Below, piece after piece: positions 25,700-40,248 of a stretch of DNA of 64,000 nt. The notes below the pieces were generated by a model, which saw only the letters and a list, made by a program, of their open reading frames with translations, was not told where the DNA came from and did no database searches. Position numbers and translations under genes: made by a program. Source of the stretch: an uncultured Deinococcaceae bacterium (GTDB taxonomy: Bacteria > Deinococcota > Deinococci > Deinococcales > Deinococcaceae); assembly GCA_964252075.1 (NCBI GenBank), contig CAXULY010000001.1, positions 279,787-343,786 of the forward strand, in the 5' to 3' direction. Every line of letters begins with the position of its first letter. Positions within the stretch are counted from its first letter, which is position 1.

Positions 25700-26493
25700 G
25701 CGCCGACCCGCGCGCGCTGACGCAGGGCCTCGTACAGCACCAGCGCGCCCGCCGTCGCGACGTTCAGGCTGTCCGCCTCGCCGCGCATGGGGATGGACAC
25801 CCGCACGTCCGCCGCCGCGCGCCACCCGGGCGGCAGGCCCTCATGTTCGGTGCCCAGGCACAGGGCGAGCGGCCCGGAGAGGTCCGCATCCCAGTACGTG
25901 CCGCTCGCCTCGGGCGTGCACGCAACCAGCGTGAGGCCCTGCTCGCGCAGCCACGCGCGCGCCGCGTCCTCGTCCAGCGTGAAGACAGGCAGGGTGAACA
26001 CGCTGCCCTGACTCGCGCGGATCACGTTCGGGTTCACGAGGTCCGTGCCGCCCCCCGCGACCAGCACCGCGTCGACGCCCACGCCGTCCGCCGTGCGCAG
26101 CAGCGCGCCCAGGTTGCCGGGCTTCTCCAGGCCCAGCAGCACCAGCACCAGCGCACCAGCCCGCAGGGTGGGCGGCGCGCGGCGCGGCACCTCCGCGAGC
26201 CCGATCAGGCCGTCGCCGTTCTCGCGGTGGCTGAGCTTCTCGAAGGCCGAGCGGGCGAGGCGCACGCGCTCGCCCGGCAGGCGGGCCTCCACCGCGCGCG
26301 CCTCGGGGCTGAAGAGCTCCGGGCAGGTGTACACGGCGCGCAGCGCCACGCCCCCGCGGTCCGCGCGCGCGAGTTCCCGCGCGCCCTCCACCAGAAAAAG
26401 CCCCTCGCGTTCCCGCGCGCGGCGGTCCTTGAGGAGCGCCAGGCGCTTGAGTTCCGGGTTCTGCAGCGACACGATTTCCCGCACGCCCCCCAT
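25696..26493 (-). CDS. TrmH/SpoU family RNA methyltransferase
   Basis: [18 protein letters not shown] and [12 protein letters not shown] motifs. Confidence 0.9.
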   Translation of the reverse strand: MGGVREIVSLQNPELKRLALLKDRRAREREGLFLVEGARELARADRGGVALRAVYTCPELFSPEARAVEARLPGERVRLARSAFEKLSHRENGDGLIGLAEVPRRAPPTLRAGALVLVLLGLEKPGNLGALLRTADGVGVDAVLVAGGGTDLVNPNVIRASQGSVFTLPVFTLDEDAARAWLREQGLTLVACTPEASGTYWDADLSGPLALCLGTEHEGLPPGWRAAADVRVSIPMRGEADSLNVATAGALVLYEALRQRARVGA

Positions 26494-26573
26494 TCAAGCA
26501 CAGGGCCCACGGGCGCGCCGCGTCTGCTGCCGACCTCGCAATCGCAGGGCGCGGGGGCGCTTATGCTCCGGCC

Positions 26574-27194
26574 ATGCGCATTGGGATCATCGGAGCGGGA
26601 CACATTGGGAGTGCGCTCGCGCAGGACTTCATCCGCGCGGGTCACGAGGTCGCCATCGCCAACTCGCGCGGGCCGGACACCCTCAAAGACCTCGTGGAGC
26701 GCCTGGGCCCGCAGGCGCGCGCGGTGACCGCCGAGGAGGCCGCCACCTTCGGCGAGGTGGTCGTGGAGACCATTCCCTTCGGGAAGGTGCCGGACCTCGC
26801 GCGGCTGCCCCTCCAGGGCAAGATCGTGATTGACACCGCCAACTACTACCCGCAGCGGGACGGCGACATTGACTTGGGCGGGCCGTCGCAGGGCAGCTGG
26901 GTGGCGCGGCAGCTGCCGGGCGTGCGGGTCGTGAAGGCCTTCAACGCCATCGCCGCCGCGGACCTCGCGGGTGAGGGCGACGTGGGCAAGGCCATGGAGG
27001 ATCGGCGCGCCATCTTCGTGGCGAGCGACGACGAGGACGCCAAGCAGACCGTCATGCGGCTCATTGAGGAGATCGGCTTCGCGCCCATGGACACCGGCAC
27101 CCTGGAGGACAGCACCATCCACCAGACGGACGGCGCGCTGTACGGCAAGAAACTCACGGAGCGGCAGGCGCGCGACGCGGTCGAACCCACCTGA
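26574..27194 (+). CDS. NADPH-dependent F420-reductase family (NADP oxidoreductase)
   Basis: IIGAGHIG, ANSRGP, IDTANYYP and VVKAFN motifs. Confidence 0.85.
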   Translation: MRIGIIGAGHIGSALAQDFIRAGHEVAIANSRGPDTLKDLVERLGPQARAVTAEEAATFGEVVVETIPFGKVPDLARLPLQGKIVIDTANYYPQRDGDIDLGGPSQGSWVARQLPGVRVVKAFNAIAAADLAGEGDVGKAMEDRRAIFVASDDEDAKQTVMRLIEEIGFAPMDTGTLEDSTIHQTDGALYGKKLTERQARDAVEPT

Positions 27195-27204
27195 GCCCAT
27201 ACGA

Positions 27205-27235
27205 GGAAGGGCCCGCCCTTTGGGCGGGCCCTTCC
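27205..27235. terminator. Hairpin between convergent genes
   Basis: ggaagggcccgccc-ttt-gggcgggcccttcc, a 14-bp stem. Confidence 0.7.
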
Positions 27236-27248
27236 CTGTTCGCTAGGG

Positions 27249-28289
27249 TCAGAGTTCGAAGTCGCTGGGTTTTTTCCCGAACTTGTCCTGCAGGAAGCGC
27301 TGGTGCGCCAGCATCTCCTGACTGCCCGCCTGCGCGGCGTCCACCATCACGTCCCGCACCGCGTCCAGCAGCAGGTCCAGCTGCTCGTTCAGCAGGTCAC
27401 GTCCGGTCTTGCCGTCCTGCAGCGGTGTGACGCCCGCCAGCGACGGCGGGAGCTTCAGGTACGCCTGCACCGCCTCCGGCGCGTAATCCGTCATGATCTG
27501 GCGCAGCAGGAACCCGGGCTCCGCGCCGTCCAGATCGCGGTCCTTGAGGTACGCCTGCGCCTCGCGGGCGCGCAGGTTCAGGGCGGCGAGCCGCGCGCGC
27601 GCGTCCCCCGGCAGGCGCGGGTCACCGGCCAGGGCCTCCAGGTCACCGGACGGCGCCTTCTGCAGGGAGACGGGTGGCTCGGGCGGCGCCTGCAGCGGCG
27701 TGCGCGGCGCCCCCGCGCCCAGGTTCGCGGGCGGGAGCATGCCCTTGCGCTCCAGCTTGCGCTGCAGGCGCGCCACGCGCTTCCCGGCCTTCCGCTCGTA
27801 CCGCGCCTGAATGCGTTCCTGCATGGCGCCCAGGTCGAAGGCCTCGCCGGAGCCCTGGGCGGGCAGCGCCGCCGCGGTGCGCGGCACCTGCTGCACGCTG
27901 GGCCGCGCGCCCGGCGTGCGGAACAGGTCGCCGCTGAACAGCACCGTCGCGAGCCACGCGATGCCCAGCCCCACGATGGGGAACACCGCCCACGTCGCGC
28001 CGAGCGCCGAGAAGAGCGACAGCGCCAGCAGCGCGAACACCACCGTCACCCACTCGCGCCGCCACGCGTGGAAGATGTTCGCGGCGAGCACCGCGATGCA
28101 CAGCGCCGCCGCCGGGTGCACCAGCCAGTCCGCGCCCAGCCAGCTGAGCAGCACCAGCGCCAGCACCCCGGCCAGCACCGGCGGCCAGTGCTGGCGGCGG
28201 TGCGTGAAGACCACCGAGGCGAGGAACGCCAGCGTCAGGGCGCCCAGGGGGTGCACCACCCAGGCCAGGGAATCCAGGAGATCAGGCAC
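27249..28289 (-). CDS. Membrane protein with XpaC/KlaA-like helical C-terminal domain
   Basis: About 4-5 TM segments, then TDYAPEAVQAYLKLP...LNEQLDLL...RFLQDKF. Confidence 0.65.
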   Translation of the reverse strand: MPDLLDSLAWVVHPLGALTLAFLASVVFTHRRQHWPPVLAGVLALVLLSWLGADWLVHPAAALCIAVLAANIFHAWRREWVTVVFALLALSLFSALGATWAVFPIVGLGIAWLATVLFSGDLFRTPGARPSVQQVPRTAAALPAQGSGEAFDLGAMQERIQARYERKAGKRVARLQRKLERKGMLPPANLGAGAPRTPLQAPPEPPVSLQKAPSGDLEALAGDPRLPGDARARLAALNLRAREAQAYLKDRDLDGAEPGFLLRQIMTDYAPEAVQAYLKLPPSLAGVTPLQDGKTGRDLLNEQLDLLLDAVRDVMVDAAQAGSQEMLAHQRFLQDKFGKKPSDFEL

Positions 28290-28496
28290 CGGGAACCTCG
28301 CAGCGCGACAAGGAAGGGGTGAGGGAACGAAGCATGAATGACCATAGCCTACCCCTCGCGGGCCGCCGGGTGAATTGACAGGTGTCAGGTCTAGGCCAGG
28401 TGGCGCAGTGAACGGCCGGGCGGAAACGCCAGGGGGGCGCGGCGGGCAAGACGAAGGGGCGCCCCGATCAGGGCGCCCCTGTGTTCTGAACTTCGG

Positions 28497-30278
<1,782 letters not shown>

Positions 30279-30393
30279 ACGTTCCTCTTCCCTGCCCCGG
30301 GGGGCGTGTGCTGGCAATCAAAAGCCCGCCTCACGGGGCGGGCACCCAAACAGACATTGTAACTCATGAGGTCACCTGCGGGTCAGATAAAGG

Positions 30394-31340
30394 TCACGGT
30401 CTGGCGAGCGACAGGAAGTCCCAGCCGCCAATGTCAATCCGGCCCGCGCGTCGTGCGACCTGAAGGGCGCCCTGGTTCCCAGCGGCGATGGTGCCGACCA
30501 GCATGCGCTGGGGTTCGGGCAGGTGCCGGGCCAGCAGGGTGGTGAGGGCCTGCCCGTACGCCCGCCCGCGCGCCTGGGGGGTCAGGAGGAGTTCCTGCAC
30601 GCTGTAGGCGCTGAGGCCCAGCTTGGGTTTGGCGAGCGCGCCCACATACCCCACCCAGCTGCCGTGCAGGCGCACGTCGAACATGGTGCCCGCCTGAATG
30701 CACGCCTGAAGGTCCTCCTCGCTCAGCAGACCGGCCTGCGCGGCGTGGTGCGGGTGCTGCTGGTCCACGGCGGCGTAGGCCGCCTGTGCCGCTGCGTACT
30801 GACCCAGGTCCGTGGTGGGGGTTAGGGTCAGCTCGGGCGGCACCGGGGCGAGGCGCAGGTCCTGAATGGGGGCCGCGAGCGCGCGCTTGTCCGGCATGAG
30901 CTTCGGCGTCCCCTGCGGCGTCTGGGCGCTCCACAGGCGCAGGTGCAGGGGCCGGAAGGCGCCGTAGGTGTCCTGCGCCGCCTCCACCAGCGCGATCAGG
31001 TCGCCCGCCGTCCAGGTGCGACTGGTCAGCGCCTCCACGAAGGGCTGCTGGCGGTCCAGGCCCTTGAAGCGGATGCTGAGCATGGCGCCCAGGTCGGGGC
31101 GCACCGACACCCAGCGGTTCAGAATGCGTGGGGGGGCTGGCCCACGTCCATGAAGGCGGCCCGCCGCGCGGCGAGGTCGAGGTCCGTGGCGAGCTGCACG
31201 TCGAAGGCATGCTCCTGGGCGAGGTTCGCGAGGCGAGCGTGGTCGTCCTGCCAGGTGCGCGTCAGGGGGTGCTGCTGCTCCAGGGTCATGCACGCGAGGT
31301 CGCGGGCGCTGGGGAGGTCGGGCGTCATGGGCGTCATCAT
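30394..31340 (-). pseudogene. GNAT-like gene split by a one-base frameshift
   Basis: The 73-aa ORF ends ...[11 protein letters not shown] at 31119; the adjacent frame continues LNRWVSV...QARGRAYG...GNQGA. A C7 run lies at 31130-31136. Confidence 0.65.
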
Positions 31341-31431
31341 GCGCGCCGTTTGGGGGGTGGGCGTTCATGCGGCCCTGTGGCCTCTCATGCCAGAACTTTC
31401 CTCATCTCACCTTGCTATGGTGGGCGGCATC

Positions 31432-32493
31432 GTGAGCCTGGTTTTTCAGTGGGGCGAGCTGCTGCCGCGCACCAGCAGCAGCCGGACCGGTGGCGTGCTG
31501 CGCGCCGCGCCCGAAGATTTCCGCGTCGATGAGCTTCCCACGTACCTGCCCGCGGGCAGCGGCGATCACCTGTACCTGCACCTGGAAAAGACCGGGCACA
31601 CCACCGCGCACGTGCTGCGCGAGCTGTCCCGGCAGCTGGGCGTGCGGGACCGCGACATTGGCGTCGCAGGCCTGAAGGACCGCCACGCCGTCACCACGCA
31701 GTGGTTGAGCGTGCCCACGAAGTACGAGGGGGCGCTTTCAACCTTCGCGCTGGACGGGGTACGGATTCTGGACACCGCGCGGCACGGCAACAAGCTCGGC
31801 ATGGGTCACCTGCGGGGGAACCGCTTCACGGTGCGCGTGCGGGGCGCGGAGGGCGGCGCAGCGCAGGCGCGCGCGACCCTGGAGGCGCTCGCGCAGGAGG
31901 GCGTGCCGAATTACTTCGGGCCGCAGCGCTTCGGGCTGGAGGGCCTGAACGCCGAGGAGGGCCTGCGCGTGATGCGCGGCGAGTCGCGCCTGCGCGACCC
32001 GCGCCTGCGGCGCTTCCTGATTTCCAGTGTGCAGAGCGCGGTCTTCAACCGCTTCGTAAGCCTGCGGGTGGAGCGCGGGCTGCTGGAGCGCCTGCTGGTG
32101 GGCGACATGGCGAAGAAGCGCGACACCGGCGGCGTCTTTCAGGTGGAGGACGCGGACGCCGAGACGCCACGCGCGCTGCGCGGTGAGGTGAGCGCCACCG
32201 GCACGCTGTTCGGGCGGAAGGTCGCGCCCCTCTCGCAGGACGCGGGAGCGCTGGAGCGGGAGGCGCTCGGGGCGTTCGCGCTGAGCCCGGAGGACTTCGG
32301 CGCGCGGCGCGGGGACCGGCGGGTGGTGCGGGTGTACCCGGAGGCCCCGGAGGTGACGCCCGCCCCGGACGGTTTCGTGGTGGCGTTCACGCTGCCGCGC
32401 GGGAGTTTCGCGACGAGCGTCCTGCGGGAGATCACGGGCGACGAGGTGGGCGGCACGCTCACCGAGGACGCCGAGGCGGAGGTGAGCGCGTGA
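31432..32493 (+). CDS. truD: tRNA pseudouridine(13) synthase
   Basis: [34 protein letters not shown] and LPRGSFAT motifs; start estimated. Confidence 0.93.
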   Translation: MSLVFQWGELLPRTSSSRTGGVLRAAPEDFRVDELPTYLPAGSGDHLYLHLEKTGHTTAHVLRELSRQLGVRDRDIGVAGLKDRHAVTTQWLSVPTKYEGALSTFALDGVRILDTARHGNKLGMGHLRGNRFTVRVRGAEGGAAQARATLEALAQEGVPNYFGPQRFGLEGLNAEEGLRVMRGESRLRDPRLRRFLISSVQSAVFNRFVSLRVERGLLERLLVGDMAKKRDTGGVFQVEDADAETPRALRGEVSATGTLFGRKVAPLSQDAGALEREALGAFALSPEDFGARRGDRRVVRVYPEAPEVTPAPDGFVVAFTLPRGSFATSVLREITGDEVGGTLTEDAEAEVSA

Positions 32494-32867
32494 GGGCCGC
32501 GCCGCTGCTGCTCGCCGCGCTTTTGCTGTGCGCGAGCGTCGCGGACGCGCAGCGCGTGCCGAGCCTCAGCAGCATGGTGCTGCGCCCCACGCTGGGCGGC
32601 GTGGTGATCGAGACCATCATCACGCCGCGCGGCGGCAGTGACGTGCTGCGCGGCGTGTGGTCGGCGGGCGCGCGCAGCAAGCTGCTGGACTGCACGTCGC
32701 GCTGCCGGGTGGTGCAGAACATCAACCTGAAGGGCCCCATGCGGCTGGACGGACAGAGCCGCTACCGCATCGTGCTGGGCGGCACCTTCAATCAGGTGCG
32801 CAAGGTGGGCGTGCTGCTGAGCTTCGCGTCGGGCGTCGCGGCGGCCGAGGCGATGGTCCAGCCTTAA
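32490..32867 (+). CDS. Small secreted hypothetical protein
   Basis: Signal peptide ending ADA|Q, a CTSRC pair, and a GTGA overlap with truD. Confidence 0.6.
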   Translation: MRAAPLLLAALLLCASVADAQRVPSLSSMVLRPTLGGVVIETIITPRGGSDVLRGVWSAGARSKLLDCTSRCRVVQNINLKGPMRLDGQSRYRIVLGGTFNQVRKVGVLLSFASGVAAAEAMVQP

Positions 32868-33005
32868 AGCCCGGTGCGGTGATTGCCGTGAGCGCGCGTC
32901 ATCAGGGTGCGCCCTGCTCTTGAGGGTCCTGCGGCGTCGTGAGCGGCACACGGTCCCCTCGGGCACCTGCGGCGGTGACCGGGGGGCTTGCTATTGTGAT
33001 GCGGC

Positions 33006-34589
<1,584 letters not shown>

Positions 34590-34704
34590 GGGCTGCCAGC
34601 CGCGCGTGAAATGTTGAACGTTCACACATGCGCCACAAACAATTGCCTGCCTCCCGCAGGGCTGGAAAAGCACATTCAGCGCGTGTGCATGGTGTTCCGG
34701 GCGT

Positions 34705-34774
34705 TTGACAGCCGTGCGGGGACAGTGTAGATTCGCCGTGTCGTTTGAAGTCAAAACAGTGTGGAACCGCTTCC
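34705..34774 (+). promoter_or_regulatory. Sigma70 promoter and LacI-like operator of the sugar ABC operon
   Basis: TTGACA(34705)-N17-TAGATT(34728); GGAACCGCTTCC at 34763-34774; a second palindrome, TGAACGTTCA, at 34615-34624. Confidence 0.55.
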
Positions 34775-34829
34775 CTACCCGGACGCTCGGGGAGGCATCT
34801 TGGCTTCTGTCCATCCTTCAGGAGGGTTT

Positions 34830-36095
34830 ATGAAGAAATCACTCGCGATTCTTGGTCTTACGGCTGCCTGCGCGGTGGGCAGCGCCCACGCCGCGGGCGT
34901 CACCCTGACGTTCGCCTGCGACTCGGTCGGACAGGGCTTCGACCAGTGCAAGAAGGGCGCCGACGCCTGGGCCAAGAAGACCGGCAACACCGTCAAGCTC
35001 GTGCAGGTTCCCAAGGACACCGGCGACCGCCTCGCGCTGTACCAGCAGCAGCTGGGCGCCAAGGCCCCCGACGTGGACGTGTACATGATTGACGTCGTGT
35101 GGCCCGGATTGATCGGCAACAACCTGCTGGACCTCACGCAGTACGTGCCGAAGGCGCAGCTCAGCAGCTACTTCCCTGCCATCGTCAAGAACAACACCTT
35201 CAACGGCAAGCTCGTGGGCGTGCCGTGGTTCACGGACGCCGGCGTGCTGTACTACCGCACGGACCTGCTCCAGAAGTACGGCTACAAGAGCGCCCCCAAG
35301 ACCTGGACCGAGCTGCAGCAGATGGCCACCAAGATCCAGGCGGGCGAGCGCGCCAGCAAGCCGAACTTCCAGGGCTTCGTGTTCCAGGGCAAGAACTACG
35401 AGGGCCTCACCTGCGACGCGCTGGAATGGGTTTCCAGCTTCGGCGGCGGCAGCATCGTGGACACCACCGGCAAGGTGAGCATCAACAACCCGAAGGCCGT
35501 GCAGGCCATCAAGACCATCTCGGGCTTCGTGGGCACCATCTCCCCGCAGGCCGTCACCACCTATGACGAGGAAGGCGCGCGCAACGTCTTCCAGGCCGGC
35601 AACTCCGCCTTCATGCGCAACTGGCCGTACGCCTACGCCCTCGCGCAGGGCGCGGACAGCACCATCAAGGGCAAGGTGGGCGTCGCCGCCCTCCCCGCAG
35701 GTGACGGCGGCAAGCCCGCCGCGACGCTCGGCGGCTGGCAGCTCGCCGTGAACAACTACAGCAAGCACCCCAAGGAAGCCGCGGACCTCGTGGTGTACCT
35801 CACGGGCAGCGCCGAGCAGAAGCGCCGCGCCATTGAGGCGAGCTACAACCCCACCATCGCCTCGCTGTACAAGGACGCCGACGTGCTGAAGGCCGTGCCG
35901 TTCTTCGGCAGCCTGTACGACGTGTTCACGAACGCCGTCGCGCGCCCCGCGACGGTCACCAAGACCAAGTACAACCAGGTGTCGAACGCCTTCGCCACCG
36001 CCGTGTACAACAGCATGACCAAGAAGCAGGACGCGGCGGCCGCGCTCGCGACCGCGCAGTCCCAGATCACGCGCGCGAAGGGCCGCGGCTGGTAA
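34830..36095 (+). CDS. Sugar ABC substrate-binding protein (trehalose/maltose type)
   Basis: Signal peptide; DVVWP, YYRTDLL, YEGLTC, FMRNWPY and TLGGW motifs. Confidence 0.88.
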   Translation: MKKSLAILGLTAACAVGSAHAAGVTLTFACDSVGQGFDQCKKGADAWAKKTGNTVKLVQVPKDTGDRLALYQQQLGAKAPDVDVYMIDVVWPGLIGNNLLDLTQYVPKAQLSSYFPAIVKNNTFNGKLVGVPWFTDAGVLYYRTDLLQKYGYKSAPKTWTELQQMATKIQAGERASKPNFQGFVFQGKNYEGLTCDALEWVSSFGGGSIVDTTGKVSINNPKAVQAIKTISGFVGTISPQAVTTYDEEGARNVFQAGNSAFMRNWPYAYALAQGADSTIKGKVGVAALPAGDGGKPAATLGGWQLAVNNYSKHPKEAADLVVYLTGSAEQKRRAIEASYNPTIASLYKDADVLKAVPFFGSLYDVFTNAVARPATVTKTKYNQVSNAFATAVYNSMTKKQDAAAALATAQSQITRAKGRGW

Positions 36096-36191
36096 GCCGT
36101 CCCTGAAGACCCGCGCTTCACGGTCTTCATGAGGGGGCGTCCCATCGGGGCGCCCCCTGTTGTGCAATAGGATTTGAACAAAGGAGGTCTT

Positions 36192-37130
36192 ATGGCGACA
36201 TCCACAGGGGCGCGCGTGCGGCCCCGACGCGGAGCGAGCATTGAGTCCACGCGCGCGCGAACCGCGATCTGGCTGCTCCTCCCCACCCTGATCGTGCTGG
36301 TGCTGGTCGCGGGCTACCCGCTCGTCCGCACGATCTACCTGGCGTTCACGGACGCCACCCTCGACCAGCCGGGGCAGTTCATCGGCTTCGACAACTTCCT
36401 GTTCAAGTCCGACGACGGCAGCTGGGTGGGCCTGCTGTCCGATCCCACGTGGTGGGACGCGGTGTGGAACACCGTGAAGTTCTCGGTGGTGTCGGTGGTG
36501 CTCGAGACGCTGCTGGGCCTCGCCTTCGCGCTCGTTATCAACTCCAAGATTCGCGGGCGTGGCCTGCTGCGCACCGCGATCCTCGTGCCGTGGGCCATCC
36601 CGACCGTGGTGAGCGCGCAGATGTGGAACTGGATGTACCAGGACAACCTGGGCATCATCAGCCTGTGGGCGCGCAACCTCGGCATGCTGGGCGTCGGCGA
36701 GTCCTTCCTGTCAAACACCCACACGTCCCTGATGGCGCTGGTGGCGGTGGACATCTGGAAGACCACGCCGTTCATGGCGCTGCTGCTCCTTGCGGGTCTG
36801 CAGGGCATCCCGGCGGACATGTACGAGGCGGCGGAGGTGGACGGCGCGAACAAGATCACGCAGTTCTTCCGGCTCACGCTGCCACTGCTCGCCCCGGCGC
36901 TGCTGGTCGCGCTGATCTTCCGCACGCTGGACGCCCTGCGGGTCTTCGACATGCCGTACGTCGTGAAAGGCTACGCGCCCGACACACTCACCATGAGCAT
37001 GTACGCGCGGCAGCAGCTCATTGACAACCAGGCGCTCGGCGCGGGCAGCGCCGTGAGCCTCCTGATCTTCCTGATCATCATGGTCTTCACGATCATTTAC
37101 GTCACGTCCTTGAGGGTGAGGTTCGACTGA
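36192..37130 (+). CDS. Sugar ABC permease
   Basis: [16 protein letters not shown] and YEAAEVDGA (EAA loop); AAGGAGG RBS. Confidence 0.9.
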   Translation: MATSTGARVRPRRGASIESTRARTAIWLLLPTLIVLVLVAGYPLVRTIYLAFTDATLDQPGQFIGFDNFLFKSDDGSWVGLLSDPTWWDAVWNTVKFSVVSVVLETLLGLAFALVINSKIRGRGLLRTAILVPWAIPTVVSAQMWNWMYQDNLGIISLWARNLGMLGVGESFLSNTHTSLMALVAVDIWKTTPFMALLLLAGLQGIPADMYEAAEVDGANKITQFFRLTLPLLAPALLVALIFRTLDALRVFDMPYVVKGYAPDTLTMSMYARQQLIDNQALGAGSAVSLLIFLIIMVFTIIYVTSLRVRFD

Positions 37131-37131
37131 C

Positions 37132-38016
37132 ATGGCGACGTCCCTCCCGATGCAGGCCACCGCCACCAAACGCCGCAACTCGCCGTGGCAGGCCGTTGGA
37201 CTGGTGCTCTTCTGGCTGCTGGTCGTGGTCATCCTGTTCTACGTGCTGTTTCCGTTCTACTGGGCGCTGAAAACCAGCCTGACGCCGTCCGGCGAGCTGT
37301 CACAGTCGGCGCTGCAGTGGTTCCCCGCGCACCCGACCTTCGCGAATTACGGTCTGGTGTTCAGCGGTCAGCCGTTCGGGCGCAACCTCCTGAACAGCCT
37401 GGGCATCGCGGTCGGCACGGTGCTCATCAGCCTGCTGCTGTCCGCGCTCTCCAGTTACGCGCTCGGCAAGTTCCGCTTCAAGGGCAAGAGCGCCCTGATG
37501 TACGTGATTCTGGGCGTCAGCGTGTTCCCGCAGATCGCGGTGCTGGGCGGCATGTACACCACCATCCGCAGCCTGGGGCTGTACAACACCTGGGGCGGGC
37601 TGATCCTGTCGTACATGATCTTCACCTTGCCCTTCACGGTGTGGGTGCTCACCAGCTTCGTGCGGGAGATCCCCACGGAGCTGGAGGAGGCCGCGCTGGT
37701 GGACGGCGCGAGCCCATTGCAGACGCTCTTCAAGGTGCTGCTGCCCGTGATGCTGCCCGCCCTGGCGACCACCGGTCTGCTGGCGTTCATCAACGCCTGG
37801 AACGAGTACCTGTTCGCCCTCACGTACACCAGCGACGACTCCGCGCGCACGGTGCCCGTCGCGATCGGGTCCTTCTCGGGCGCCAGCCAGTACGAGAACC
37901 CCTTCGCGCAGATCATGGCGGCGAGCGTCATCGTGACGATCCCGCTGATCATTCTGGTGCTGGTCTTCCAGCGCAACATCGTGTCGGGTCTCACCGCGGG
38001 CGCCGTCAAGGGCTGA
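37132..38016 (+). CDS. Sugar ABC permease
   Basis: [17 protein letters not shown] and C-terminal GLTAGAVKG. Confidence 0.9.
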   Translation: MATSLPMQATATKRRNSPWQAVGLVLFWLLVVVILFYVLFPFYWALKTSLTPSGELSQSALQWFPAHPTFANYGLVFSGQPFGRNLLNSLGIAVGTVLISLLLSALSSYALGKFRFKGKSALMYVILGVSVFPQIAVLGGMYTTIRSLGLYNTWGGLILSYMIFTLPFTVWVLTSFVREIPTELEEAALVDGASPLQTLFKVLLPVMLPALATTGLLAFINAWNEYLFALTYTSDDSARTVPVAIGSFSGASQYENPFAQIMAASVIVTIPLIILVLVFQRNIVSGLTAGAVKG

Positions 38017-38046
38017 CGCCCCGCCAGACGCGAGCGAGACCACAGG

Positions 38047-38078
38047 GGTGAAGGGCGGGACGTGTCCCGCCCTTCACC
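38047..38078. terminator. Terminator of the sugar ABC operon
   Basis: ggtgaagggcggga-cgtg-tcccgcccttcacc. Confidence 0.7.
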
Positions 38079-38129
38079 TCTTCCTGTGCTTCTTGAGGGA
38101 CGTCATGCGACTGATCTACGCTGAGGGAC

Positions 38130-39242
38130 GTGGCCACGCTCACGCCCCGGCGCCGGACCGCGCGGCTGTGGCGCGGTCGGGCCCTCACGCTGGCGGCGGT
38201 GGGCGTGCTGCTGGCCTTCAGTCCCCGCGTGGGCTTCGTGCTGTCCGGCGCGTTCAACACCTTCACCTCCGAGCAGCGGCCCGTGGCGGCCCTCGCGCTC
38301 CCCGAGCCGCCCGCGCCGTCCGGCGCGCTGATGGAGCGCTACGCGCAGCTGGTGCCCACCTACCTGAGCGCCCTGAACCACGAACACCCCTCCGCGCGGC
38401 GGGAGACGCGCCTGCTGGAGGCGCACTTCCTGCTGTACCGACAGGCGCGCGCCGTGATCGGTGTGGCGCAGGCGGACGCCCTCATGCGCCTGCTGGCCCT
38501 CGAAACGCGCAACCAGGACCCCGCGCGCGCGCGGCGCAGCGTGTTCGGCAGCCCGGAGGCCGCGCTCGACAACGCGTCGCGCTGGCTGGGCGTGATCGCG
38601 CAGGCGGAACGCGCGCCCACCGGCCCCACCCTGAACCAACGCATTGCCAGCGAGGCGCCCGTCCCGATGGTGCCGGACGTGGTGCTCGCGAACGCCCGCT
38701 GGATTCGCCGCGCGGCCGCCGCAGCGCACCTCCCCCCCGCCCTGCTGGCCGCCACCGTGGACAACGAGCAGGCGGGCGCGCACGTCGCGTACGGCCTCGC
38801 GGGCGCCCTGCGGGACCTCACGGACACCGTGGCGCTGCGCACCACGCAGATGTACGGCGCGAGCGGCCTCGCGGGGCACCTCTCGCAGACCGTGGGCCTC
38901 ACGCAGATGTCGTGGCAGGACGCGCTGCTGCAGCGGCAGCGCCTGGAGGCGCTCGGCGTGCGGCTCGGCGTGCCGTTCCCCGAGAACGAAGGCGAGGCGC
39001 GCGACCTTCTGCAGCGGCCGTACGCGAACCTCCTGCTGGCCGGGTCCCGCATGCGCGGGTACCTGAACTACGTGGAGGGCCGCGCCGCGAACAGCAGCGC
39101 CCCCCACCCGGACGCCTGGCTGTACTTCGTGGGGCCCGGCTGGCACAACAACCCGGCCCTGGCGTCCAGCGGTCAGGTGTGGCCGTACGCGTGGAACGCC
39201 TTCTTCAAGGCCTGCCTGTACCAGCGTCTGCTGGACCGGTGA
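38130..39242 (+). CDS. Membrane-anchored hypothetical protein, possible lysozyme/SLT-like fold
   Basis: N-terminal TM segment; LLAATVDNE, GLTQM and PYANLLLAG motifs; TACGCT-N7-GTG start. Confidence 0.6.
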   Translation: MATLTPRRRTARLWRGRALTLAAVGVLLAFSPRVGFVLSGAFNTFTSEQRPVAALALPEPPAPSGALMERYAQLVPTYLSALNHEHPSARRETRLLEAHFLLYRQARAVIGVAQADALMRLLALETRNQDPARARRSVFGSPEAALDNASRWLGVIAQAERAPTGPTLNQRIASEAPVPMVPDVVLANARWIRRAAAAAHLPPALLAATVDNEQAGAHVAYGLAGALRDLTDTVALRTTQMYGASGLAGHLSQTVGLTQMSWQDALLQRQRLEALGVRLGVPFPENEGEARDLLQRPYANLLLAGSRMRGYLNYVEGRAANSSAPHPDAWLYFVGPGWHNNPALASSGQVWPYAWNAFFKACLYQRLLDR

Positions 39243-39272
39243 GCCGGGCAGGTCCGGTGCCGTGGAGTGCGG

Positions 39273-40181
39273 TCAGGCGGGCACGGCCTCCACGTCCTGC
39301 GGGGTGGGGGCGTAAGCGCCGGGGTGCGCGCAGGCGGCGGCGGCGGCCCGCAGGCCGTAACGCAGGTGCTCCGTCCAGAGCGCCTCGGGGTGGCGCGTGG
39401 CGCTGGCAAGCAGGCCCGCGCACAGGGCGTCCCCGGCGCCCACGGTGTCCGCCACCGTGACGCGCGCGGCGGGCAGGTCCACCTGTCCCGCCCGCTGGTA
39501 GAGGGTGGCACCCTGCGCGCCGCGCGTGATGACGATGGGCGCCCCCGGATTCATGCCGCGCAGGGCGCGCAGGGCGTCCGCTTCACTCTGCCCGGGGAAG
39601 AAGAACGCGAGGTCCTCGTCCGAGAACTTCAGGAGGCTCGCCTGGCGCGCCACGCGCTCCAGCACCGGGCGGTACCGGGGGTCCGCGTGCGTGATGCGGG
39701 CGTTCGGGTCGAAGCTCACCTGCGCGCCCGCCGCGCGCGCCTGCGCGATGAGGTCCAGCAGGGTGTCCGCGAGCGGCCAGCGGGCGAGGCTGATGCCCCC
39801 CACGTGCAGCCAGCGGACCGAGCCCAGCCAGCCTTCTGGCAGCGCCGCCGGGTCGAAGTGCAGGTCCGCGCTGTTCTCCCCCAGGAAGCGGTACGCGGGG
39901 GGCTGCACCTGGTACACGACGGCCATCAGGGTGGGCTGCGCGCGGCGCTGCAGGAACCGGGTGTTCAGTCCGGCGGCGCGCGAGGCGTCCCACAGGTCGT
40001 CCCCGAAGTTGTCCTCACCGATCGCGCCCGCGAAGGCGCTGGGCACGCCCAGGCGCGCGCAGGCGCGCGCGACGTTCCAGCCCGCGCCGCCCGGGTGCGC
40101 GCGCCACGTGTCGGTGCTCTCACGCACGAGGTCGGTGAGCGCTTCGCCCGCGCTGACGATGAGGGGCAGTTCAGCATTCAT
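39273..40181 (-). CDS. PfkB family carbohydrate kinase (fructokinase-like)
   Basis: [20 protein letters not shown] and DTVGAGD motifs. Confidence 0.9.
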   Translation of the reverse strand: MNAELPLIVSAGEALTDLVRESTDTWRAHPGGAGWNVARACARLGVPSAFAGAIGEDNFGDDLWDASRAAGLNTRFLQRRAQPTLMAVVYQVQPPAYRFLGENSADLHFDPAALPEGWLGSVRWLHVGGISLARWPLADTLLDLIAQARAAGAQVSFDPNARITHADPRYRPVLERVARQASLLKFSDEDLAFFFPGQSEADALRALRGMNPGAPIVITRGAQGATLYQRAGQVDLPAARVTVADTVGAGDALCAGLLASATRHPEALWTEHLRYGLRAAAAACAHPGAYAPTPQDVEAVPA

Positions 40182-40248
40182 GCACAGAGTGTAGCTTTCG
40201 TGACGCATCTGACTTTAGGTGCGCGAGGGGCGCCCGCAAGGTGAGGGC

